Of a DNA stretch of 64,000 nucleotides, positions 10,504 through 20,319 are shown piece after piece. A model generated the notes under the pieces. It had not been told where the DNA came from. It ran no database searches and saw nothing but the letters and a program-made list of their open reading frames with translations. The stretch lies in NCBI GenBank assembly GCA_963702425.1, contig CAVPCQ010000017.1, forward strand, positions 96,001 to 160,000, in the 5' to 3' direction. Position 1 is the first letter of the stretch; each line of letters opens with the position of its first letter. This stretch comes from an uncultured Acidobacteriota bacterium (GTDB lineage Bacteria; Acidobacteriota; Polarisedimenticolia; J045). Position numbers and translations under genes: made by a program.

Positions 10504-11591
10504 CTGCAGCGCTCCGGCCGCAATCAAGTCGATGACCTTCGCGATCCGCCGGTGCACTCTAGCGATCGGACCCCGATCGGGTGTGAGATCCGTCCATGGA
10601 CGCCTTTCTCGACAAGCACGTCGACAAGATCCACGGCTCGCTCTCCTGTTTCGACCGCGTGCTCTTCCGGGACTACCTGCCGTTCTTTTCCAGCCGCGAG
10701 ATCACGCCGTTCCTCGAACGCCAGAAGGTCCGGCCCGACGGCCTGAAGGACTTCCTCGTCGGGCAGGCCGAGCGTTTGAAGCAGCACGTGCGCCCACTAG
10801 CCCAGCGCCAGGGCCGGCCCTTCCTGGTCTTCGCGGAGCGGGTGCGCAGGGACGAGACGGCACGCGAGATCGCCGCGCGGAGTGGGATCACGGAAGGACT
10901 GGCGTGCGTGCTGTCGACGCTCGAGCCGTGCTGGACGTTCATGCTCCGCTGGGATGAAGCACGACAGCGTCTGCCGGCGGGTCGGGACCGTGATCAACGA
11001 GCCCGGCGAGTTCCGGTTACGCCGCCGCGGCGGCCGCCGCGTGACGGCGTGTGCCGCCCTTGAGGAAGAGCGTGTCCACCCTCTTCCGCTACCGCGAGAT
11101 CTCGCTCCAGAGCAACGCGCGGTATCTCAATGCCCTGGCCCAGGTCGATGATCCCTCGACGGGCGTGCACGTCCTGGACTCCCTCACGACACGCAAGAAG
11201 ACCGCCGCCGCGCGGCCGGCCAACCCCTTCCATCCGCTCTCTCGACCCGAAACTCAGCTCTTCGCCGCCCTGATGCGCGCGAATGCGCTCCACGGATTCA
11301 CGAATCACGACCTCAGCAACAGGCTCGACCCCGCCGCGTTTCGCCTTGACGACGATCCCCGCAAGCGCAACGCCCAGATCAGCCGGCTTCTTCATGGGCT
11401 CCACGTCTGCCGACTGATCGCCAAGATCCCGCGCTGCCGCCGCTCACGGTCACCGACTTCGGCTGGCGCGTCATGAGCACGGCTCTCGAGTTGCGCTACC
11501 GGGAGTTTCCAGCCCCCTTCACTGGTTTCGCTTGAAGCGGCTGCCCACTTCTCTGCAGAATACGGAGAAGTTGCGAAGAGAAGAGCTACCC
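10499..11591 (+). mobile_element. Degenerate TIR-less MYDK/wHTH element, copy A (internally deleted)
   Basis: MDAFLDKHVDKIHGSLSCFDRVLF...LEPC joined to VINEP...GFTNHDL...ISRLL; homologous to 42918-44010 and 53475-54139. Confidence 0.7.
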
Positions 11592-12699
11592 GCCCTCCTC
11601 CTCGAGGCCACAGTTGAGAGGGATGCTGACGATGAAGCTGGAAGACCTGGGATACGACGAATTCTTTGAAGAAGGGCGCGAGGCGTCCGGGTTTCCAAGC
11701 TGCGCGGTAGCGCGGGTCGCGGCGGAGCACAGGGGTTTCTACAGGATCATCAGCCCGGACGGCGAGTGCCTGGCCGAGGTCGCCGGGAAACTGGCCCACG
11801 CGGCGTTGAAACGGGAGGATTACCCGGCGGTGGGGGACTGGGTGGCCGTTACCGGGATGGAGCCGGGGCCGGCGGTGATCCACGGCATCCTGCCGAGGAG
11901 GACGCTGCTCAGGAGGATGAACTCCGGTCGGCCGGAACCCCAGGTGATCGCCGCCAACATCGATCTCGCCTTCATCGTCGAGTCCATCGACCGCGACTTC
12001 AACCTGAACCGCCTGGAGAGGTACCTGGCCATCGCCTGGGACGCCGGCATCAAGACCACGGTCATCCTGAACAAGATCGACCTGATCTCCGTTCCTGAGC
12101 GGTCGTCATTCAGCTCTCGCATCGAGAGCAGGTTCCATACCGGCGAGGTCCTCATGGTGAGTGCCGCTTCAGGTGAGGGCCTGGGTGGATTGACGAACCG
12201 CATCCCGAGAGGAAAAACCGGCTGCTTCCTGGGGTCCTCGGGGGTCGGCAAGTCCAGCCTGATCAACCGGCTGCTCGAAGCAGCGGTCATCCGGACGGAA
12301 GTGATCAGCGCTCATACCGGACAGGGCCAACACACCACGACGGCCAGGGAAATGTACTTCATGAAGAACGGCGGGATCGTCGTCGACAACCCGGGCATGC
12401 GGGAAGTGGGAGTGGCGGCCTCGGCGACCGTGATCGAGGACACCTTCGAGGATGTGGCCGAACTGGCCGGGCGGTGCGCCTTCCGGGATTGCACGCATGA
12501 GCACGAACCGGGATGCGCGGTGCGCGAGGCGATTGAAACCGGCGGGTTGGACCGGAAGAGGTTCGCCAATTACCTCAAACTGAAGCAGGAAGCGGAGCAC
12601 TTCGAGATGACGGCGCTGGAAAAGCGGCGGAAAGACCGGAGTTTCGGGCAGTACGTCAAGCGGGCGAAGAAGCAGTCCAGGAAACCGAGGGATTGAGGC
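11060..12699 (+). repeat. ~1.64 kb direct repeat, copy 1 (copy 2 at 53608-55247)
   Basis: Near-identical sequence at a constant offset of 42548. Confidence 0.95.
11632..12696 (+). CDS. rsgA: Ribosome small subunit-dependent GTPase A, copy 1
   Basis: PAVGDWV, NKID, GSSGVGKS, HTTT, DNPG, CxFxDCxHxxEPGC zinc site; circularly permuted G4-G1-G3 order. Confidence 0.95.
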   Translation: MKLEDLGYDEFFEEGREASGFPSCAVARVAAEHRGFYRIISPDGECLAEVAGKLAHAALKREDYPAVGDWVAVTGMEPGPAVIHGILPRRTLLRRMNSGRPEPQVIAANIDLAFIVESIDRDFNLNRLERYLAIAWDAGIKTTVILNKIDLISVPERSSFSSRIESRFHTGEVLMVSAASGEGLGGLTNRIPRGKTGCFLGSSGVGKSSLINRLLEAAVIRTEVISAHTGQGQHTTTAREMYFMKNGGIVVDNPGMREVGVAASATVIEDTFEDVAELAGRCAFRDCTHEHEPGCAVREAIETGGLDRKRFANYLKLKQEAEHFEMTALEKRRKDRSFGQYVKRAKKQSRKPRD

Positions 12700-12864
12700 A
12701 CACCGGTTGGCCGGCAGCATCAAGGAGAAGGACATCGCGGGAACGACAACTTCCGGGATGTGGCTCCGAGCGCGGAAGGTCTCGGACGGGGGGAGCGGAT
12801 CCGCGAGCTTGTCGGTCGCATGAGCTTGATGGAGAGGATGGGGCAAGCGGATCGGGGGGCCTTG

Positions 12865-12915
12865 GTAGGGTCGAGCACTGGCGCGGTACTTCTTGGATGC
12901 GGCCCATCCGTTGCT
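12865..12915 (-). ncRNA. Group II intron domain VI / 3' end remnant
   Basis: GTAGGGTCGAGCACTGGCGCGGTAC...ATCCGTTGCT matches 56165-56215 of the full intron. Confidence 0.75.
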
Positions 12916-13618
12916 TGTGCTTCGCCAAGATCGCATCCACGCGTCGGCACGACTGATGCCTCGGTGAATGCCGGGGCAAGAGGCACTCGCGACGGCATCG
13001 GCGACGGTCGCGCCCAACGGCTGGCAGAAATGGCGGCGGGGAGAGCGACACCAAGGAACACGCGCTCGGCGACGACGCGGCGGCCGCCGCAGAGACGACA
13101 TGGCCGAGCTTCTGGATCGCGCCGTGAAGGCGTGGCGCGCCCCTCGACAAGTTCTCGGCCGCCATCCGGTAGACGAGAGCGCGGATGTCGACCGTTGTGC
13201 TCGGGTCTCCAGCGTGGCGCCGCGATTTCCCACGCCCCTACCGTCTGAAGCCTTCGCGCTGCCAGCGCATGACGGTTGCGGGCTGCACGATGGCGAGCGC
13301 CTCCTCCCATCGGGTCCACCAGCGGGGCAGAGCCAGCCAGAGGAAGCCGTCGATGACGAGAAGGCGGGGCCGGGGATTCTTCCGCTGGAGGACGACAAGC
13401 TGCTGGCGGAGCGCGAGGTTCTCGATCAGAAGATGGGCGCGGCCGGCGAAGTTCGCGACGAGAGCCCGGAGGACGGCAAGGAGGCGGTGGAGCATCCATG
13501 CACGATGGCGGCCGTAGGGAGTGAGAGCAGCCGGGCTCATCCGCGGGCGATTCGGGTATCCTGCATGGAAGCGCAACTCGTTGAAGGGCAAGGCGGACGG
13601 GGTTTTTCGCGAAGGACA
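12916..13618 (-). mobile_element. TGT...ACA rve-integrase element, internally deleted
   Basis: Ends TGTGCTTCGCCAA and TTCGCGAAGGACA; ENLALRQQL...VQPATVMRWQREGFR and MAAEN..GAPRLHG fragments. Confidence 0.85.
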
Positions 13619-13958
13619 GCTCTCCGCCTCAGAAACCGCGGCTTGTATCGTTTCCGTGCCCTCATCGAACGTCTGGTTCACGACGGACTTCGACACAAGA
13701 TCCCGGTAGAGGCCGGGCAAACGCGACCACGCGGCCTTTCGGCCGTGCTGGACGTGCACGACGCGGCCGGTCGCCCTGTTCGAACTCAGCAGTTTCCACT
13801 TCCCTTGACGGCTCCACCTCGGGTGGTGGATTCTGCGGCCGGCCGCCCTAGATTCTGCCGTGATGTTCGGCTTCTCTCGAGACGGGAGGTCGCTCGCCGC
13901 CGTTTCAAATTCATGACTTTTCCTCCGCGCGGGTGGTCATCCGTAAAGTTGATTGCCG

Positions 13959-15125
13959 ATGAGAGTACTGACCCTGTTCGGTACGCGTCCCGAAGTCATC
14001 AAGCTTGCTCCCGTGATCCGGGAGCTGGAAGCGGCCGGCGAGTTCACGACAGTCAACGTGCATTCCGGCCAGCACGAAGGTCTGGCACAGCCCTTCGTCG
14101 AGGCGTTCGGCATACGGGTCGACCACGATCTCAGGGTCATGCGGCCGTGCCAGACCCCGAGCGACGTCTGCTCTCGCGTGCTCGACGCTCTTGACGGAGT
14201 GCTCGTGCGGGAAGCCCCTGACGCGATTCTCGTGCAGGGTGATACCACAACCGCTCTCGCTGGGGCCCTGTGTGCGTTCCATGCCAGGATTCCTGTGGGG
14301 CACGTGGAGGCAGGCCTGCGATCGGGCAACGATCTTAGCCCGCACCCGGAGGAGATGAACCGTCGGCTCATCACGCGGCTTGCGACCTGGCACTTCGCAG
14401 CCACCGAACTGAATCGCGAGAACCTCCTCCGCGAAGGCGTAGCGGACGCGCAAATCTTCGTCACTGGAAACCCTGTCGTCGATTCGGTCCAGCGTGTCTA
14501 CCAGCGGCTGCGGCCGGGCCGGGCTCTCCAGCGGGTCCAGGCCGAGATGCGGCACTCCCGCATCCTCGTCCTGACCACGCACCGGCGGGAGAGCTTCGGA
14601 GAAGCGATGATGGAGAACCTGCGAGTACTCCGCCGTTTCGTGAACGAGCACCCCGACGTCGGCCTCGTGTTTCCCGTGCACCCCAACCCGACGGTGGTGA
14701 GCGCAGCACGCAGCGTCCTCAGTGACCACCCCCGCGTGCTCCTGATCGAGCCCCTCGGTTACGAGGACTTCATCGCTCTCCTTTCCGCAGCGTGGCTCGT
14801 CGTGTCCGACTCCGGCGGTATCCAGGAGGAGGCCCCCAGCGTCGGGCGCCCCCTCCTGATCCTCCGCGAGAACACTGAGCGGCCGGAAGCCGTAAGCTCC
14901 GGTGTCGCACGCCTCGTCGGTGGGTGTCCAGAGCGCCTGGCGGCCATGCTGGAGGAGGCGGCTTCGCCAGGGTCCTGGGCCGAGACGGCGGGCACGGTGG
15001 CCAATCCTTTTGGCCGTGGAGACGCCGGCATCATCATTGCGCGGACGTTGCGCGGACTGTTGAGGGGAAGATCGGAGCCTCGGGCGTACGCCCCGGAAGT
15101 TGGTCCGACTCCAGAGGATTCTTAG
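13959..15125 (+). CDS. wecB: UDP-N-acetylglucosamine 2-epimerase (non-hydrolysing)
   Basis: FGTRPEVIK, QGDTTT, HVEAGLRS, PEEMNR, HRRE, DSGGIQEEAP, TERPE. Confidence 0.95.
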   Translation: MRVLTLFGTRPEVIKLAPVIRELEAAGEFTTVNVHSGQHEGLAQPFVEAFGIRVDHDLRVMRPCQTPSDVCSRVLDALDGVLVREAPDAILVQGDTTTALAGALCAFHARIPVGHVEAGLRSGNDLSPHPEEMNRRLITRLATWHFAATELNRENLLREGVADAQIFVTGNPVVDSVQRVYQRLRPGRALQRVQAEMRHSRILVLTTHRRESFGEAMMENLRVLRRFVNEHPDVGLVFPVHPNPTVVSAARSVLSDHPRVLLIEPLGYEDFIALLSAAWLVVSDSGGIQEEAPSVGRPLLILRENTERPEAVSSGVARLVGGCPERLAAMLEEAASPGSWAETAGTVANPFGRGDAGIIIARTLRGLLRGRSEPRAYAPEVGPTPEDS

Positions 15126-15269
15126 GAAGGTTGGTACTGCGTCGATAGTGACCAGGATTGGAATGGGCCCGGCTCACCGAATAGCAGATCTCGGGAGACG
15201 ATACCGTCCGATCGCCGTGAAAGAGGGGATGTTGCCTTCTGCCAGAGAAGATCGAATGGTACAGTCGCT

Positions 15270-15420
15270 GTCAAGTCAAGCAGGGTGATCGCCCTGTCGA
15301 AGTAGGCGCGAAGGAGAGTCGGCCGCTGAGCCAGACGCTGATGGCCGTTGTGGCGCATGGCGCGGAGTCCGTTGAGGTCGTGCGGGCAGAGATCCGCGAC
15401 GACCGGACCCTGGGGCCAGG
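15270..15420 (-). mobile_element. IS630-like transposase C-terminal scrap
   Basis: ADLCPHDL...QRLAQRPTLLRAYF resembles IS630 C-termini. Confidence 0.4.
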
Positions 15421-15554
15421 CCTCATCGCTTCGACGGGATGAAACTGCGAGGCATGGTCCGGCAAGTGATGTCCGCGCGGCCAGGCGGCCTGCCGCTCCC
15501 CTTCCCGCAGGCCCCGCCTCGGAGATCGCCGCTTGAATCGCTTGTCTGCGGCCG

Positions 15555-15740
15555 GCCACCTGTTCGGGGAGAGCCCGGTGTCGTGCCTGAAGCACGCGGC
15601 GCTCAGCCGGGCAACCGACGGCTGGCGGAGGATCTCGATCACCGACTTCGAGCGACATCGGTTCAAGCGCGTCGCGGAGGAAACACGGAGGGCGTACCAG
15701 GTGGCAACGGAACCGGTCACGAGACCGCTCTGGCCATGTA
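15555..15740 (+). mobile_element. IS256-like transposase C-terminal scrap
   Basis: HLFGESPVSCLKHAALSRATDGWRRISITDFERH. Confidence 0.45.
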
Positions 15741-16073
15741 TCCGGTCGGCCCGACCATCAGGGGCGCCGAGCAACTGCAGTCGCTGCTTCGTTGTCGGGT
15801 CGTGGTTCGCGCTTCTCACGTCGCGGGGTTTCAGGATCCGCGATTGACGAGCACTGCGATACCTTCGGGGCCGGGATCACGCTCTTCGATGACGGAGCAG
15901 GGGCCGCGCGAGGGTCCGGGGGGGAGGAGTGGCAGACGTGACTGGCTGGCGGCCCCTCGCCACCCGTTCCCCGGCCGCGGTTGCGCGCGCGGGGTCGAAT
16001 CAGTTACGGTTTAGAAGTTGACTGCGCTGCCTCGTTCCGGGATTGAGCCCCGAACGGCCGGAAAGGCGCAACC

Positions 16074-16700
16074 GTGACCGGCCCGAGGAGTTATCCGCCG
16101 ATCTCTTCCAGCATGGGTGAGGCGAGGCGCACGCGCCGATGCTCGGGTGCGTGGCGGCGCACACCTCGCCCCCCGCGGCCTCTGTCGTGGTCGCTGACTG
16201 GTCAACCGACAAGATGCCGAGGATCCTCTCCGAGTACTCCTTACTCTCGCGCGTTCGGGGGATTGGTGCGAGAGGTGGTGCGGACGGCATCGACCGCCAC
16301 CGCTGCCTCCAACACGGCTGGATGGGGAAGAGCGTCGCCGGCGAGCCTCTGCCCGTCGTCGACCTCCGGCCGATGGGATCGACCCAGAAGAGCATCTGGG
16401 CGGGGCGCGACCGCACCGGCTACGGGCAGTACTCCGCGGGAGCTTCGCCCCTCTCTTTGCTGGCGAGCGCTGCCTTCCGGCTGCCACAGCATTCCGTTCT
16501 CCGCGGAGACGTGGCGATGATCTGGGAACACCTTCGAAGGGCAGCCCAGAGCGCCCCCCAATGCGGGCACGCGGCGTCTCACCGTTGCTGGCGAGGCTGC
16601 CGACGCGGGTGTCTCGGGCGCAGCGAGGGCGAGGCGACGCGACCGCTCGGCGTGAGGAAGGCCGCAATCTGGCGGGCTGCGCACGGGAGCGTGGAGCGTG
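16074..16700 (+). pseudogene. Internally deleted paralogue of the GT2 at 30801-31748
   Basis: DGIDRHRC..GW, LRPMGSTQKSIWAGRDRTGYGQY aligns with DGIDCHCC..GW, LRPMGSSQNGIWAGRLRTGYGQY. Confidence 0.8.
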
Positions 16701-17489
16701 GGTAGCGGGGGCGCGGAGGACAGGAGAAGGCTCGAGGTCGTCGGGTGCCCGTTCGACCCCGTGACGATGGAATCCGCGGTGGCGCGATGTGTCGAGTGGT
16801 GTCGAGGCCCGCGGGCTCCCCACACCGTGATCACAGCCAACGCCGCCATCCTGTGCATGATGCGCAGAGACCCGGAGCTCCGCGACGCTTGTCGCCGCGG
16901 CGACCTCATCGTGGCTGACGGCATGCCGGTGGTGTGGACCTCGCGACTGGCGGGGAGCCCGCTGCCGGAGCGCGTGGCCGGAGTCGACCTCATGACGCGG
17001 CTCCTGGAGGCGGGTGACCGCAACCACTTGCGCGTTTACTTCCTCGGGGCGCGACCGGAGGTGGTGAAGGAGCTCACGGGGCACTGCGGGCGCAGCTACC
17101 CCGGACTGACCGTCTGCGGCGCTCGCGACGGCTACTTCGACCCCACCGACGACGGACGGATCGTCGACGCGGTCAGGAAGAGTGCGGCCGACCTGCTCTT
17201 CGTGGGAATGCCAAGCCCCTTCAAGGAGACCTGGTGCGAGCGGCACCGGGTTGCCCTCGACGTACCGGTGATCATGGGAGTCGGGGGCGGCTTCGACGCC
17301 GTCACCGGCTATGTACGGCGGGCCCCGCGCCTCCTGCAGTCGATGGGCCTCGAATGGTCTTGGCGGCTGGCGATGGAGCCCCGCAAGATGTGGAAGCGCT
17401 ACCTGTTCACGAACACCGAGTTCCTGTGGCTCGCTGCAGGCGAGGTGTGGCGCGGGCGACGCTCGGGAGGCATGGCCAGACCCGGATGA
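16698..17489 (+). CDS. WecG/TagA/CpsF family glycosyltransferase (GT26)
   Basis: ADGMPVVW, ERVAGVDL, DGYF, GVGGGFD, RAP, GLEW.WRL..EP. Confidence 0.93.
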   Translation: MGSGGAEDRRRLEVVGCPFDPVTMESAVARCVEWCRGPRAPHTVITANAAILCMMRRDPELRDACRRGDLIVADGMPVVWTSRLAGSPLPERVAGVDLMTRLLEAGDRNHLRVYFLGARPEVVKELTGHCGRSYPGLTVCGARDGYFDPTDDGRIVDAVRKSAADLLFVGMPSPFKETWCERHRVALDVPVIMGVGGGFDAVTGYVRRAPRLLQSMGLEWSWRLAMEPRKMWKRYLFTNTEFLWLAAGEVWRGRRSGGMARPG

Positions 17490-17847
17490 TGCTGGCGGCC
17501 CGGCGCATGGAGCGGATCGACGACCGGCTCGAGGTCGGACACCCCTACATGGCCTTCGTCCGGGGCGACACTGTGACGGTGTTCGTGGCGGCCCTCGCCT
17601 CCTTCCACCGGAAGATCCCGATCGACCAGGGCGGTCACCGTCAGACCCGTCTGAAGGTCGATGAGATCGCCTCAGACACCGGCCTCCGTCTCGATCACCT
17701 CGGGCAGTTCTGCAGCGGCGCGAGCGAGGGGTTCTGGCCGCGCTCGACGGCCGCGGGGAGAGAGACGATGGCGCAGTTGCGGCGCGAGGGAACTGGCATG
17801 CTAGGATTCCATGGGGATTCGAGTTGTTCGCGCAGGGCGGGAACGAA

Positions 17848-18297
17848 GTGAGCGGCAAGATCGAGACGAACGACGTGCTTCGCGCGGCCGCCGAGGCCAT
17901 ATGGGTCGCCGCTCAGCGGGAGACATGGGCGTCCCTCCTCCTCGTCCCGGCGGAGCCTGGCCTGTCTACGGCCGCCCTCGCGGAAGCAGTGGCAGCGGTC
18001 GGCACCGCCCAGAGGGGCGAGCGCGTCGAGGCGCTCGACCTGCGCGGGCTGTCCCTCGAGGGCTCCCGGACCGCGGCCGAGATGCTCGCCGACGAGTCCA
18101 CCCCCTACCAGCGGGTCGCCGCCATCGACTGCCCCACCGATAGCCAGACCGCGCTCCTGCTCGCGTCCGCCGCGGGTGCGAGCATTCTGGTCGTCGAACT
18201 GGAACGCACGGAGTCGGCGGCGGCGCGCAGGGTGATGGACCTCGTGGGACCCGCGCGTTTCCTTGGGGCGGTCGTCGCATCGCCCAGCCCCACCTGA
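17848..18297 (+). CDS. Stand-alone degenerate BY-kinase (WzeX-like pseudokinase)
   Basis: SLLLVPA...AIDCP...ILVVEL..T......R..D.VG.ARFLGAVV CpsD-like pattern; no Walker A GKS. Confidence 0.65.
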   Translation: MSGKIETNDVLRAAAEAIWVAAQRETWASLLLVPAEPGLSTAALAEAVAAVGTAQRGERVEALDLRGLSLEGSRTAAEMLADESTPYQRVAAIDCPTDSQTALLLASAAGASILVVELERTESAAARRVMDLVGPARFLGAVVASPSPT

Positions 18298-18423
18298 GCG
18301 GGCGCTACTCGACGATGACCGCGTCGCCCGGCAGCGGCGCGAACGACACACATGTCCCGTTGGGCAGCGGGAGCAGGCACCAGTCGAAGCGGCTGCGGAG
18401 TGGGCCTGGGGCGCCCGCCCCGG

Positions 18424-19908
18424 TCACGCGCGCGAGGGGCCGCCTCGTGGCGGCAGATCCTGCCGGTGAAGGAGCGGGCTCGTGGGGACCTCGGCGAGAA
18501 TAGCCAACCCGAGGCCGCGCTCAACCTGCCAGGCTTGGACGATTCGGCCCCGCCTCGCCTCGAGGCCCAACGCGGCGAGCATGCCCAGGAAGAGCCCCCC
18601 GAGGATGCCCGAAGCCAGGATCGCCCACTTGACGCGGCGATTTGACGGCGTGCGAGGCGGGAGGGCCGGCTTGATCACCGCATAGCGGAAGGGCACGCTC
18701 GCGCGGACGGCGTCGAGTTCGAGCCGGGCCCCCTCGAGGCGATCCGAGATTCCGTAGTAGCGCGCGATGGCCGCCGTGACGCGGCTGCGCACGTAGTCCA
18801 CGGCTGGGCGGACTGTCGGGACCTCGGGAGGAACCACCGGTGCCGCGGCTGACGAGGCCGCTCTCGCGGGGCCGTCGACAAGGTCGGCGGCGGTACCGCC
18901 TTGCGCAATGTAGAGGGCCTCGAGTTCATCGATTTCTTTGCGAAGTGAGGCGATCTGGGGAGAATCCACCGCCACCGCCTCCAGGCTTCTCCGCGTGTCG
19001 ACCACGATCGGGTGCGTGTCCGAGTAGATCACTCTCTGCTCCGCGAGCTGGGTCTGCAACTCCGCGATCCGGCGCTGGCGGTAGCTCAGCAACTCGTCGA
19101 GGGCACGCCGCCTCGAGGTGATGGAGGAGCGCAGGCCGACCAGGCGGACGATCTCGTCGCTGTTCGGCTCCGGAGAAGGAGCGGTCACGGGCGTTGAGGC
19201 CGCAGTCTTCTTCGGCACCGAGGGCTCGCTGGCGAGGGCGAGGTCGAGATCGCGGCGGGCCTCGGCGAGCCGTGCCTCGAGAATCGCGATCGACTCCCCG
19301 AGGACCGCCAGATCGTTACGCTCCCGGAAGTCCAAGAAGCCCTTTATGGTGGCTTCGAGGAGGCGAACCGTCATCTCGGGGTCGTTCCACGTCAGACCCA
19401 CCGTGAGCAATCCGGACCCGTCGTCCTGGAGCTCGGTCCAGGCCACGAAACGGCTCTCGAGGGTCGCGACGAGGATGTCGAAGAGCTGCTCGTCGCTCAC
19501 GTCTCCTCCCATCATCAGCCGGTCCTTCAGACGGAGTATCGGGGAGCGGGTCGCCCTCCACTGCTCGAGCAGTCCTGTCTCCGCGATCGCAGCGACCAAG
19601 TTGCCGCGACGCACGAGCTCGGACGTGGCGCGGGCGTTGGCCCGGGCGTCGGCGCTCAGAGTCCGGCCCGGGTTGGTGAGGATCGCTATGAGGTCGGGAC
19701 GCGGCGCCAGCAGCTTCGTCTCGACGAAGTACCGGTTTGGCACCACCCACGCGAGGAACATGGCCGCGGCCCCGATGAGGACGGTCGGAGCGAGGACCGC
19801 AAGCGGATGACACCGTATGGCCCGCCATCCATAGGAGAGCCAGTCAATGATGTACTCCGCGTCGAGGGAGCCCTCGTCTTCCTCGTGGGACGGCACGTCG
19901 TGTCTCAT
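18424..19908 (-). CDS. Polysaccharide co-polymerase (Wzz/Wzc N-part, EpsV-like), no kinase domain
   Basis: N-terminal TM + P.RY, coiled coil, YSDTHP, PALPPRTPS + C-terminal TM. Confidence 0.85.
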   Translation of the reverse strand: MRHDVPSHEEDEGSLDAEYIIDWLSYGWRAIRCHPLAVLAPTVLIGAAAMFLAWVVPNRYFVETKLLAPRPDLIAILTNPGRTLSADARANARATSELVRRGNLVAAIAETGLLEQWRATRSPILRLKDRLMMGGDVSDEQLFDILVATLESRFVAWTELQDDGSGLLTVGLTWNDPEMTVRLLEATIKGFLDFRERNDLAVLGESIAILEARLAEARRDLDLALASEPSVPKKTAASTPVTAPSPEPNSDEIVRLVGLRSSITSRRRALDELLSYRQRRIAELQTQLAEQRVIYSDTHPIVVDTRRSLEAVAVDSPQIASLRKEIDELEALYIAQGGTAADLVDGPARAASSAAAPVVPPEVPTVRPAVDYVRSRVTAAIARYYGISDRLEGARLELDAVRASVPFRYAVIKPALPPRTPSNRRVKWAILASGILGGLFLGMLAALGLEARRGRIVQAWQVERGLGLAILAEVPTSPLLHRQDLPPRGGPSRA

Positions 19909-20319
19909 GGGATCAAGGATACCAGCAGGCGGGGGGGCGAGCGTGGCCCCCCGCTTCGCGACAGCGGAGCCTCCGTCCGGCGTCGCTCGAGGGGCATGGG
20001 CCCGCGATATGGGGCCTCGGGCCGATCCGGGCCTACGGACCCCGCTTCACGCCGTTGCCGGTCCGAAGGTGCTGCAGGCGCTCCGCCTCGCCGCCAGCGT
20101 GGCCGCCGCGCCGTGGCCCGCTGCGCTTCTCGAGCTGCGGTGTCGCGGTCTTCGGGCGTCCCGCTGGCGGAACGCGTCGAGGATCATGAAGGACGCGATG
20201 CTGGGCGTGAAATTCGCTGATGGCCTGCCCTGGAAGAGGTCGCGCTGCGAACGTCAGCGTCAGTCCAGGACTTGAATCGGCGCTGTCGACTCGCGCAACG
20301 GCTTGCGTCGAAGGGCAAC

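Noticed and set aside
17490-17810. Short ORF-like fragments between EPS genes (also 19950-20300, 21420-21930, 12720-12860)
   Set aside because: No recognisable motif strong enough to assign; probably decayed genes.
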